From: a virus | Direction: 5' to 3' (one strand) | DNA: 64,000 nt | Virus record (IMG/VR): IMGVR_UViG_3300031772_000014 | Span: 11,151 to 75,150 of that record | In this document: piece by piece, positions 9,501 through 17,635 of the stretch | Layout of the letters: each line of letters opens with the position of its first letter | How positions within the stretch are numbered: the first letter of the stretch is position 1 | Position numbers and translations under genes: made by a program | The notes under the pieces: model-generated | Database searches by the model: none | Told to the model about the DNA's origin: nothing | What the model saw: the letters and a program-made list of their open reading frames with translations, nothing else

Positions 9501-12500
9501 GCTAGGTCCTTGGTCACGTCGATCCTGTCGAGCAGCGTCTTGATACCGGGGCCTCCACGGACACCTGCCACGCTGGTAGTGATCTCTCCCGTCCCAGGCA
9601 CGACACCCTTGGTGCCGTCGATGATGGAGTTGAACTGCTTCTGGGTGATGCCCGTGAGCTTCTTGATCGGCTCCTGGAAGAGCGGGTTCGGAAGCGCTTC
9701 CGCGAGCGCGATGTGGGACCACTTAGTCCCACCGTGACCGCCGGTCACCTTGTCATCGAACAAGCCACCAGGCATCGGCTCGTACTCACCGCTCTTGTTC
9801 GTCTTCGCCCGGACGGGTGAGTTACCAGCCGTCTTCAACTCACCCGCGGACATGTTGAGGATGTGCTTGTCCGTCAAAGGGGAGACGTGGAACTCATGCC
9901 CCTTCTTCTCGATGTTGATGCCAGTACCTTGGAGCATCTGGGTGAAGCGGTGGAAAGCGAACGTCGGACGAGGCGGCGGCGGCGGCATCCCGTTCTGAAT
10001 CGCGTTCCAGATGTCGTTGTGCTGGTTTCCTTGCGTCCATCGCTTCGCTTCGTTCGTCTGGATGTCGTTGCCCTCGGACTTCCAGGTCTGCATCTCTCGG
10101 ATGTTCGCCTTCGCGCCGTGCGCGAGCATCGAGTAGAGCCCGAGAGCTCCCAGGCTCTGACCGCCGGCGTGACCGCCACCGGTAGGCTGGAGGAAGGAGT
10201 CGTACCCCTCCGCCTCGGTCAGCTTCGGCAAGCCCATCCCGGAACGTACCGAGAGCTTCTTGTCCACCTGGTGGACCAACTTCATCATGTACTGCTTGCC
10301 CACCAGAGCTTCCCCGATGGGGAGTTTCGTCATGGGATCGATCAGGTGCTCGGTGTCGCTGAGCCCGTGCTGCTTCAACTCACCCTTGACCTTCTCGAGG
10401 TAGTCCCCCGTGGTCGAGTCGAAGTTATGGACGAGGTACGGCTTGCCGGTCTTCTCGGCAATCTTGGACACAGCCGTCTCGAGCACCTGCCCGATGTTCA
10501 TGCGTCCAGGGACGCCAGCAGGGTTCAGCAAAACCTCGGTGGGCTTCCCGTCTGCCGTGTGCGGCATCTCCTTGTTTGGAAGCACCAAGGTCACGATGCC
10601 CTTGTTGCCGTAGCGCCCGGCAATCTTGTCACCGACCTGCATGGGCTCGATGGTGCGGACATGGACGGAGATGTTCTCTCCGGTCTTGTGGACCCCCACC
10701 ACCTCACCCTTGAAGTCAGACGTCCACCGGACGGACTTGTCCGTGTGCTGGTTGATCATGCTCTTCCGAAGAGCCGCCACACCCGTCCGGTCCTTGAGCT
10801 GGTACGGCATCGTCGCGAGGATGAGCGGGTCACCAGACTTGACCGTGGCCCCAATCTTCACGACCCCGTGCTCATCAACGTTCTTGTACTGCTCCGCCGT
10901 GAAGGCTGTGAGGTGTTGCTGCCGGAACTTCTCCGGAGAGAACACCATCCCCTCCTTCTTCTCGACGTCATGCTTGTGCAAGTGCTCGCTGGAGAGCATC
11001 TGCGCGGCTGTCTCGCTGATGACCACCCCGTCCTCGAAGTTGTAACCCTTGAAGGGGATGTACGCGACGCGGAGGTTGGTACCCAGCGCCAACGCCCCGT
11101 TCTTCGAGTAGTTCGTGTCCGCGACGATCTGCCCAGCCTTCACCTTGTCCCCAACCTTCACGAGCGGGGTCGAGTTCATCGAGCTCTTGGCGTCGTTCAA
11201 CGGGTAGTGATGGTAGAGCTGAATCTCGTGCTCGCCGTCCTTGCCCTTGATCGTGATGCCGTCCTTCGTGATCCCTGAGACGACGCCATCCGTCCTCGAG
11301 AAGTGCGCGGTCTGCTTCCCCACCAGATGCTCGAAGGAGTTGATCCCCGTGGTGGTGGGAGGCGTGGCCACCTGGACGAGCGGTGCTTGGCGACCGATGA
11401 GGGAAATCGCCTGCTCCATGTGACGGCTGCCCATGCTCGCGCGACCACCAGAGCTGTTGCCCAGGAACGGGATGAGGTTCGAGGTGACGTTGAATAGCTG
11501 TGACGAGTGCCGGAGCACGTAGTCGGCTTCGACGAACTTCTTCTCTTCGATCTTGTTCCCCTGCCCGACGATCTTGATCATGGGACCAGTCGGCACGGGC
11601 TTTCCGTCCTTCCAGGTCACCTGGTCCGGCAGGGCGACGTTCGAGGCGATGAACTGGTGCGGGCTGATGTCCTCCGTCTTCCCGGTGCGGATGTTGAAGA
11701 CCGGAATCTTCGCCTCGTTGCCGACCTTCTTCAAACCAATCGGCAGGCGCAGGGTCACGCCCGTCTTTTCACCCTCGGGGGTGTTGATGGGATCCAAGAA
11801 GCCGATGTGCGAGACGTTGATCATCTTCGCGTCAGCCGTCACCTGCCGGTCGCTCTTGATACCGCCCGGTCCCATGATGGTCGTCTGCATCGCCGCAGAC
11901 ACCATCTCGAGAGGATTGATCTGCTTGGCCGGGTTCGACAGGGCACTCTTCAAGAACAGGGTGCGGACGGGCTCGTTGAAGATGTCCGCTTTGATGACAT
12001 CTCGAACCCCCGTCGCCTTGGGGTTGTTGAGCTGCCGCTGCATCTTCATCTGGATGACCTTGGAGGACACCCGCATCTGATCCTGGATGAAGTCCCCTGT
12101 GGAGCGCAGGGTCTTGAACGTCAGGGAGTCCCGGTCGTCCTCTGGGGCACCACCGTGAAGGGCCAGCAACTTGTTGGACGCCCGGTGAAGAGCATCTCCG
12201 GTGACGTGCTCGAAAGCCTTACCCAGCGTGACCTGGGTCACGTCCGGGTTGATCTTCGACTCACCCATGACTTTGATGAGGTGGTCCTCCGCCGCTTCCT
12301 TGGAGGGAGCCGGGAGCTTGGTGGTGGTCTTGTAGAACTGCTCGACCGCACCATCCACCCGCTTGCCCTTCTTGTTGGCCTCGAAGATCTCCTTGCCCCA
12401 CGACTTCTCCAGAGCCTCGTCGCTGACACCCAACGTCTTCATCAGGGGGTAGAGGGGGATCTTGGCCTTCTTGTAGTCCGCGACGAAGACCTTCTTCTCC

Positions 12501-12943
12501 GGGTCGAAGACAACGTCGAAGGCAGAACGTCCAACGACGTTGAACCGGGACTCGAGCTCTCCGTTCGCTCGACGCCTCGTGTAGACGCCAGGCTTGAGCT
12601 GCCACTGGTTGTCCACCTGGTACTCCTGCCCGTCCAGGATGTAGGAGTACCGGCGGGTCATCTTCGGAAGGTCGGCCAGACGAACCTTCTTCTTGTCAAG
12701 GGTCTTGCCAGTCTCGTTGTCCTTCAACGAGAGCATCCCATGGATGGGAACGGTCCAGCTCTTGCCGTTGATCTTGGCCTCGTGCTGCGACTTGATGTCG
12801 TCCGGGTGAAGCTTGTCGTCGATCAAGACCTCGTCGAGATGCAGCGTCGTGGTCCTACCTTTGAAGGGGAACGAGGACTTCAACCCTTCCACGGTCTTGT
12901 CCCGAAGGTGGTCGAACGCATCTTGAGGATTCAGGTAGGCCAT
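6545..12943 (-). CDS. rpoBC: Single-chain multisubunit-type RNA polymerase (beta-beta' fusion), about 2132 aa
   Basis: Beta motifs TPEGEKTG, GYNFEDG, GDKIAGRYGNKG, YMMKLVHQVDKK, GGQSLG; then beta' motifs GGLFD, LPVMPPNTRP, KRDPALHK, catalytic NADFDGD, RSPLKC..C..C, GERAVQLTLKLFHTGG. Ends TAC TTA TGA. Confidence 0.95.
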   Translation of the reverse strand: MAYLNPQDAFDHLRDKTVEGLKSSFPFKGRTTTLHLDEVLIDDKLHPDDIKSQHEAKINGKSWTVPIHGMLSLKDNETGKTLDKKKVRLADLPKMTRRYSYILDGQEYQVDNQWQLKPGVYTRRRANGELESRFNVVGRSAFDVVFDPEKKVFVADYKKAKIPLYPLMKTLGVSDEALEKSWGKEIFEANKKGKRVDGAVEQFYKTTTKLPAPSKEAAEDHLIKVMGESKINPDVTQVTLGKAFEHVTGDALHRASNKLLALHGGAPEDDRDSLTFKTLRSTGDFIQDQMRVSSKVIQMKMQRQLNNPKATGVRDVIKADIFNEPVRTLFLKSALSNPAKQINPLEMVSAAMQTTIMGPGGIKSDRQVTADAKMINVSHIGFLDPINTPEGEKTGVTLRLPIGLKKVGNEAKIPVFNIRTGKTEDISPHQFIASNVALPDQVTWKDGKPVPTGPMIKIVGQGNKIEEKKFVEADYVLRHSSQLFNVTSNLIPFLGNSSGGRASMGSRHMEQAISLIGRQAPLVQVATPPTTTGINSFEHLVGKQTAHFSRTDGVVSGITKDGITIKGKDGEHEIQLYHHYPLNDAKSSMNSTPLVKVGDKVKAGQIVADTNYSKNGALALGTNLRVAYIPFKGYNFEDGVVISETAAQMLSSEHLHKHDVEKKEGMVFSPEKFRQQHLTAFTAEQYKNVDEHGVVKIGATVKSGDPLILATMPYQLKDRTGVAALRKSMINQHTDKSVRWTSDFKGEVVGVHKTGENISVHVRTIEPMQVGDKIAGRYGNKGIVTLVLPNKEMPHTADGKPTEVLLNPAGVPGRMNIGQVLETAVSKIAEKTGKPYLVHNFDSTTGDYLEKVKGELKQHGLSDTEHLIDPMTKLPIGEALVGKQYMMKLVHQVDKKLSVRSGMGLPKLTEAEGYDSFLQPTGGGHAGGQSLGALGLYSMLAHGAKANIREMQTWKSEGNDIQTNEAKRWTQGNQHNDIWNAIQNGMPPPPPRPTFAFHRFTQMLQGTGINIEKKGHEFHVSPLTDKHILNMSAGELKTAGNSPVRAKTNKSGEYEPMPGGLFDDKVTGGHGGTKWSHIALAEALPNPLFQEPIKKLTGITQKQFNSIIDGTKGVVPGTGEITTSVAGVRGGPGIKTLLDRIDVTKDLAKAKLELGSTSPGNVDRALKKVKYLTVLKDLGMKPSEAYILHNLPVMPPNTRPINQMEQGAIKYEDINGLYMKFAQINTKLKDPILSKNLTDAGKVEQRTSYYDGVKAIMGIGSVNKDKKEKGILEVIAGSQPKEGYFQKTLAQRKQDMTMRSTIVPEPNLGLDEVGLPREAALTLFRPFVVRQLVQQGTAAHTLDAQEKLSEVHRGKKDPMVWKALDQVMSERPVILKRDPALHKYSVQAFKAKTVEGSAIKIHPLVTGGFNADFDGDAMSVYVPISHEAVKEAERMYPTKNIFSESSGEVMYRPTLESALGLYKLSRTDKKTDKKFADHASVVSALHTGKIDYTDIVHLNGKETTAGRVLLANILPKPMQNKILHDLDFQVDKKGLVTMLDTLGKDHRHDFGRVINDVKDLGYDASYGIIKTNLIPDKHLSIGTHSLSLKDFDPIRSVRDPILKAAQTKVDAINGSKTINEKDKDRQSVNVWLKAGEDMQTQHKEEAKKNPSNLFMMAAAGTKPSWDQYKQMVMSPLIMKDSKSQNIPVPIKNSYAEGLDLGEYWTQLHGARRGTVMKVQEVQEPGAMSKLLMNTSMNLMIDKHDCGTSKGISMALSEHDVHDRHLAADFRSGGLHIPAGTLVTPDLVGQMRAVDKNAKVLVRSPLKCDSPKGICQKCMGPSVDGEEHQFGTNVGIQAAHAVGERAVQLTLKLFHTGGVAESGGGSKAVNSFARFEQLTKLHKKIPNSATVSMASGKIDKIDKESTGTRIWVGGTSHFVGKDDNGLDLHINLPGAIPPKGQALWTPPTVGMHVEAGRSLSDPLRTVVNPHDLYKATKSMDHVQNHLADEIHDLYKAEGVRRRAIEVMVRAMSNITKVEDPGDHPHLMRGEFYPTSVINQMNRDLKTGGKGQILHSPVLMGVDMLPLSLHDDWMARLQHQRLRTTISEAAATGMVSSIHGAHPIPGVVYGAEFGLPRLARNAKGENVVPSHVYL

Positions 12944-13006
12944 CGGTAGGAACCTCTTGGCACGGTACAGCACCGGCGAGTAGCCGAGCAAGAAGACGTG
13001 AAGATA

Positions 13007-13036
13007 GGGAACAAGAGTAGCGCAGGAACTTCACGC
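13007..13036 (+). promoter_or_regulatory. Conserved leader/promoter motif, copy 1
   Basis: GGGAACAAG...CACGC (30 nt) followed by SD AAGGAG; same length and ends as copies at 23027 and 27955. Confidence 0.5.
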
Positions 13037-13048
13037 AAGGAGAACGCC

Positions 13049-13135
13049 ATGGATCCCGAAGAAAACTCAGGAAGCGACTACGAATCCGACATCGACGACA
13101 TGTACCGGCCGAGCGACAACCAGGACAGCGAATGA
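13049..13135 (+). CDS. 28-aa acidic micro-protein MDPEENSGSDYESDIDDMYRPSDNQDSE
   Basis: SD AAGGAG 6 nt before ATG; ATGA coupling to the next ORF; below the track cutoff. Confidence 0.5.
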   Translation: MDPEENSGSDYESDIDDMYRPSDNQDSE

Positions 13136-13248
13136 TCAAGTTGCTCTTCCTCGCTATCGTAGCGGCTCTGCTGAAGGGCTGCATCGACGGACTGCGGGAA
13201 GCTTTCAACAGGAGGTTCCATGATAGTGAACCCAAGTACGGCTGGTAG
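13132..13248 (+). CDS. 38-aa membrane/lipoprotein-like micro-protein MIKLLFLAIVAALLKGCIDG...
   Basis: ATGA overlap with the previous stop; basic N-terminus, hydrophobic stretch, then Cys. Confidence 0.4.
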   Translation: MIKLLFLAIVAALLKGCIDGLREAFNRRFHDSEPKYGW

Positions 13249-13813
13249 CTTGAGCATCATCAGCGGGCGAATGCTCGCTGAGACGTTCGGCCTCATCGGG
13301 GAGACCATCAAGGACGCCGGAAATCCCAGGAGGCTCTGGTCCATCACGGGGTTCTACGCTCCGCTCAACATGGCCATCAGCGGCATCAGGGCCCGCCTCC
13401 AGGACCAGAAGGACTTCATCGCCTTCGTGAACCAGAGGGACCTCGAGGTCTTGCTCGGGATTGGAATCCCAGGAGAGTACTGCGCGTGGCTCGGGGAGGA
13501 CTACGTGAGCACCTTTGACAGAAGTTGGCTGGGCATCTGCACGGACACCGAAGACCTCGAAGATGATCTCTTCGGCAGAGAGGCGGAGCTCAGGAACCTC
13601 CAGACGGAGATCACCGGTAGTCCGTTGCTTCCCACCGGGTTGGAGATCACCAGAAGGGTTTGCCTGAACGAGAACACGGACTGCGAGGAGCTCCACTACC
13701 TGCGGGGAGACTTCAACAACGAAACGGGCACGTACCCGGACCTGCGGTTTCAAACCCTGACGGAACGATGGATCAGGGTAGAGAGGAGATCTATGGTGTG
13801 GCGCCAAACATAG
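13220..13813 (+). CDS. Hypothetical acidic protein
   Basis: GGAGG SD; protein-like 197-aa ORF in operon orientation. Confidence 0.65.
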   Translation: MIVNPSTAGSLSIISGRMLAETFGLIGETIKDAGNPRRLWSITGFYAPLNMAISGIRARLQDQKDFIAFVNQRDLEVLLGIGIPGEYCAWLGEDYVSTFDRSWLGICTDTEDLEDDLFGREAELRNLQTEITGSPLLPTGLEITRRVCLNENTDCEELHYLRGDFNNETGTYPDLRFQTLTERWIRVERRSMVWRQT

Positions 13814-14379
13814 GTTGGTCGTCGTGGAAGGACGCAGAAAGTGAAGAAGAGGTGGAAAACCTCTCCGAGCACCTCTGTGCTTGCTGCGAGGAACCCATCA
13901 AGTTCAACGAGGAGATCATCCTCCTTCAAGGCGCCTACCCGCACTTTGATGGAGAAGACATCCACTACAACATGGCGCTGGATGACGACGGTGAGCCTGA
14001 CGTCATGCCCGTGTTCATGCACATCGACTGCTGGGACCACGTCGGAGAGACCATCTGCGAGATACGTGAAGATACTCCTCCCATCAACGAACCAGGAACC
14101 ATCATCGAATGTGACACTTGCCTGTGCTCAGTACGCATGGGCGAGAAGGTAGTCATCGCGGAGTCGGGAACGTTCATTCAAAACCCAAGAGGAGGTGGGC
14201 CCAAGTTCCAGACCAGGGTCATCACCAACATCCTCTGTCTGCCCTGTGCGACGATTGTATCCGACGTTTCGGAGATCGAATCCTGGGTGGACATCAACCA
14301 GCAAGGTGAGTGCTTCCACTGCACCAAAGCCCATTGCTGGCGAATCGGTAAGTGTTTCTGTGTGTGCCACGTCACCTGA
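13768..14379 (+). CDS. Cys/His-rich putative zinc-binding protein with two similar modules
   Basis: CACC...HIDC, CDTC...CLPC and CFHC..HC...CFCVCH motifs; start uncertain. Confidence 0.65.
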   Translation: MDQGREEIYGVAPNIGWSSWKDAESEEEVENLSEHLCACCEEPIKFNEEIILLQGAYPHFDGEDIHYNMALDDDGEPDVMPVFMHIDCWDHVGETICEIREDTPPINEPGTIIECDTCLCSVRMGEKVVIAESGTFIQNPRGGGPKFQTRVITNILCLPCATIVSDVSEIESWVDINQQGECFHCTKAHCWRIGKCFCVCHVT

Positions 14380-14405
14380 ACAACCGCTCGTAGCGGTTGT
14401 TCTTT
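14378..14405 (+). terminator. Intrinsic terminator-like hairpin
   Basis: GAACAACCGCT-cgt-AGCGGTTGTTC followed by TTT. Confidence 0.6.
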
Positions 14406-14421
14406 ACCAAAGGAATCCAAC

Positions 14422-15624
14422 ATGCTCAATCCGAACGTGCTCATCACCGCGCTCTGCGTCCCGATGGAGAAGAACAAAGCTGTCGATGACCCCACCCATC
14501 GTATGGGTCTTCCGGTGAACCTCATCGGGGGCTCCGGCGTCGGCAAGTCGGAGTACGTGGAAGATGTCGGGGAAGCACTGAGGTTCTTCGTTCACACGGT
14601 CATCCCCGCCACCTCGAACCCCGAGGACATCGGAGGCTACCCCGTGCAGGACGGAAAGGGCGGGCTCACCCGCCTGTGCGATGACGCCGGCATCTACCAG
14701 CTCATCGATACCGGGGAAGGCATCCTCTTCCTCGACGAGGTGAACACCAACCGAGCCGCCATGCAGGCGGCCTACCTGCGCGTGGTCCTGAAGCGCATCT
14801 ACGGCGGCATGTCGCTGCCCAACCGATGCCGCATCATATCGGCCATGAACCCCCCGGAGCTCTCGGCCGGCGGCATCCCGCTAACGCCACCGATGGCGAA
14901 CCGCTTCTGCCACATCCCGTTCTCGGCCGGCACCCCACGAGAGTGGTCGGACTGGTTGCTCGACTACGACGGCGAGAAGGTGGAGAGCATGTACGACGCC
15001 GAGAAGAAGGTCGTGAACAACTGGTCGAAGTCCTGGGCGCTCTCGGCCAACCAAATCGCCGGGTTCGTCCGAGCGAAGTCGGACTCGCTCAACAAGCAGC
15101 CGCTCCCTGGAGACCCCAAGGGAAGCGGGGCATGGCCGTCAAGCCGCACCAACTTCTGGGCGGCCAGGACCTTGGCGACGGCACGAGCCCTCGGGCAGGA
15201 CGGGCTCGTGGAGGACATTCTCCTCCAGGGGCTGTGCGGTGAAGCATGGCTGACGGAGTTCAGGGCGTACGTGAAGGCCGCGGACCTCCCGGACCCCGAG
15301 ACCATGCTCACCAAGGGATGGGAGATCGATACGCGGCGGCTCGACCGCACCATGACGGCCCTCGAGACGCTCGGCAGGTACGTGGCCGACATCCCGGTGA
15401 CCGACCCCACCAGGATCGACAAGGCCGAGAAGGCATGGGATTTCCTGCACCGGGCGTGCTCGTCCGGTCTCGGAGACCTGTGCTACCGACCAGCACGGAT
15501 GCTGGTCAACGCGAAGCTCTCGGCTCTCAGTGGGTCGGCGGTTCTCGAGAAGGCAGCGAGGCCGGTCCTCGAGCGCCTCTACAAGACCAACGAGATTGGT
15601 CAGAAGATTGCGAGCCTCACGTGA
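14422..15624 (+). CDS. MoxR-like AAA+ ATPase
   Basis: Walker A GGSGVGKS, EDIGGYP, Walker B ILFLDEV, SAMNP, PMANRF. Confidence 0.85.
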   Translation: MLNPNVLITALCVPMEKNKAVDDPTHRMGLPVNLIGGSGVGKSEYVEDVGEALRFFVHTVIPATSNPEDIGGYPVQDGKGGLTRLCDDAGIYQLIDTGEGILFLDEVNTNRAAMQAAYLRVVLKRIYGGMSLPNRCRIISAMNPPELSAGGIPLTPPMANRFCHIPFSAGTPREWSDWLLDYDGEKVESMYDAEKKVVNNWSKSWALSANQIAGFVRAKSDSLNKQPLPGDPKGSGAWPSSRTNFWAARTLATARALGQDGLVEDILLQGLCGEAWLTEFRAYVKAADLPDPETMLTKGWEIDTRRLDRTMTALETLGRYVADIPVTDPTRIDKAEKAWDFLHRACSSGLGDLCYRPARMLVNAKLSALSGSAVLEKAARPVLERLYKTNEIGQKIASLT

Positions 15625-16862
15625 GCATCGAAGAGAAGATGATGATGGCCCGGATGATCATGCGTGCGGAAGCCCAGTACTTCACCGCCGCCCTGATGGG
15701 CCTCATCCCGTACTACACGGAGGAAGTACCGACTTGTGCGGTCACGAAGGGGATGGTGCTCATCATCAACCCCACCTACCTCTTGTCCCTCACGGACATG
15801 CAGGCAGCTACCAGGCTGTGGCACGAAGTTCAACACGTCCTCCGGGACAGCTTCGAGATGTTCTCGTCGTACGACAAGGTAGCCGACATGATGGCGTTCA
15901 TGGACGTGGCGAACCGTGGGCAGGACCTCGCCATCAACTCCAGCGGGAGAACGGGCCCATGGGACTTCGGTCCCGACGGGCTGCTACCGGCGCAGTTCGG
16001 TTTCCCCGAGGGACTGACCGCACAGGAGTACATCCTGCTCCTCCTGGACGACCAAGGTAAGCAGCAGCAGCAGAAGAAGGAGAAGTGGGGAGGTTGCCAC
16101 GGGTGCGGGTCGGCCTCCGGAAAGCCAGCCGACAAGGAGCTCGAGGAGAAGATCGATGCCCAGATGGGGAGAGCACCCAGCGACGTGAAGGAGATCGAGC
16201 GCCAAGTCGCTCGAGACATCATCAAGCACAACGCGAAGTATCCGGGGACCATGACGGGAGCCTGGGAGGAGTGGGCGAAGGCCAAGCTCGAGCCCGCCAA
16301 GGTCCCGTGGGAACAGAAGTTCGCCAACATGGTCCGACACTGCTTGGCGGTGTACACGCCCGGCGGAGGGGTCGACAACAGCTACCAGCACCCCGCCAGG
16401 AGGTCGTACGTGGGGCCCATCGGCTCCCCGTCCGTCCTGTACCCAGGGCCCGTCGATCCTGTCATCGAGGCAGCGTTGATCCTCGACACCAGCGGGTCGA
16501 TGGGGATCAGCACGGACATCGCCATCGCTCTTCGTGAGATGCGTGCGGTGGTCGAGTCAGTAGGGCAACGAGAATGCTGGCTCCTCGAGGTCGACGCCGA
16601 AGAGGCCGCGAAGGCCAGGAGGGTTACGCCTCCTGAACTGATCAGCCTCAACATCCACGGCCGCGGCGGTACGGACTTCCGCCCGGCCTTCACGGCCATC
16701 GAGAAGCTCAACCCAAAGCCCTCGGTGGCCATCTACATGACGGACGGCATGGGGCCGGCTCCGACAAACAAGCCCGCAAACCTGGAGGTGATCTGGTGCC
16801 TAGTCGGAGAGGGGAGAAAAGCTCCGACGTCTTGGGGTCACGTGGTGCACGTAAAAGACTGA
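15621..16862 (+). CDS. HExxH metallopeptidase-like plus VWA domain protein (MoxR partner)
   Basis: GTGA overlap start; WHEVQH; MIDAS motifs DTSGSM, GGTDF, MTDG. Confidence 0.8.
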   Translation: MSIEEKMMMARMIMRAEAQYFTAALMGLIPYYTEEVPTCAVTKGMVLIINPTYLLSLTDMQAATRLWHEVQHVLRDSFEMFSSYDKVADMMAFMDVANRGQDLAINSSGRTGPWDFGPDGLLPAQFGFPEGLTAQEYILLLLDDQGKQQQQKKEKWGGCHGCGSASGKPADKELEEKIDAQMGRAPSDVKEIERQVARDIIKHNAKYPGTMTGAWEEWAKAKLEPAKVPWEQKFANMVRHCLAVYTPGGGVDNSYQHPARRSYVGPIGSPSVLYPGPVDPVIEAALILDTSGSMGISTDIAIALREMRAVVESVGQRECWLLEVDAEEAAKARRVTPPELISLNIHGRGGTDFRPAFTAIEKLNPKPSVAIYMTDGMGPAPTNKPANLEVIWCLVGEGRKAPTSWGHVVHVKD

Positions 16863-16870
16863 GACGGAAC

Positions 16871-17599
16871 GTGCCGACAAGCCCCATCGGGATGATCACG
16901 GTCCCGTGCTGCGGTGAGAACCACCTCATCTACGTCAGCCCGAAGATGAAGGTCGTCTGCCTCAATCACACGATTCCCCCGAAGACCTTGGCCGCTGAGG
17001 CAGTAATCGGTGAGGACGTCAAAGGTTGCCCGGCCGCCGTGGCGGCGCTCATCGGCGCTAAGCCTATCGAGAGCTACAACTTTGAACTCTGGGTTCATCG
17101 AATCCTCGAAGCCACCGTGCACAAGCAGCAAGGCTGGCACAACTTCCAGCAGGCACGTACGGCTGATCCGTTGCAGCAGAAGTTCGGAGAACGCCCCTCG
17201 CTACTACTTGCCAAGGCCACCAGTATCCTGTGGGGGCTCAAGTTCCGTACAACGAAAACAAGCGTAGGGCACGCCCTCTTCATCAAGGAGGTAACGGGCA
17301 TCCCGTGGGCGATTGGAGACAGGAGAACGGTAAACCCCACGTCCAGTAAGAAGAAGGCGTTCGCGAACATCCAGCAGCAGGTACACGTCAACCTCAACCC
17401 AAAGATGTGGGCCCGCGTGCTGAAGCTGTGCGGACCTGTCGTCGACGGCTTGTTCATCCTCCGCGTCAACAACGTGTGGAGCAAGAACGACATCGAAGTC
17501 ACGGTCATGTACCAGTCCAAGGGGTACGCCATCGCCACCGCTCCCAGACGCATTCGGCGTGGGAATGATGGCGTGTGGAGGACCCACGAGAAGCTGTAA
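16871..17599 (+). CDS. Hypothetical basic protein with N-terminal Cys/His cluster
   Basis: GTG 16871 after the VWA stop; PCCGENH...CLNH...GCP. Confidence 0.6.
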   Translation: MPTSPIGMITVPCCGENHLIYVSPKMKVVCLNHTIPPKTLAAEAVIGEDVKGCPAAVAALIGAKPIESYNFELWVHRILEATVHKQQGWHNFQQARTADPLQQKFGERPSLLLAKATSILWGLKFRTTKTSVGHALFIKEVTGIPWAIGDRRTVNPTSSKKKAFANIQQQVHVNLNPKMWARVLKLCGPVVDGLFILRVNNVWSKNDIEVTVMYQSKGYAIATAPRRIRRGNDGVWRTHEKL

Positions 17600-17603
17600 G
17601 TAG

Positions 17604-17635
17604 GAGAGGCCCGCAAGGGCCTCTTCTTCTAGCCC
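17604..17635. terminator. Terminator hairpin at convergent junction
   Basis: AGAGGCCC-gcaa-GGGCCTCT then TCTTCTAGCCC. Confidence 0.7.

Noticed and set aside
6545-12943. Bacterial chromosomal rpoBC locus
   Set aside because: No ribosomal-protein neighbours; sequence is highly divergent and reduced; flanked by baseplate, head and terminase genes.
2904-12949. Long plus-strand ORFs (e.g. 2904..4628, 8018..9472, 9863..11278, 11507..12949) and similar antisense ORFs elsewhere
   Set aside because: Shadow ORFs of GC-rich coding sequence; no motifs, and they fully overlap well-supported genes.
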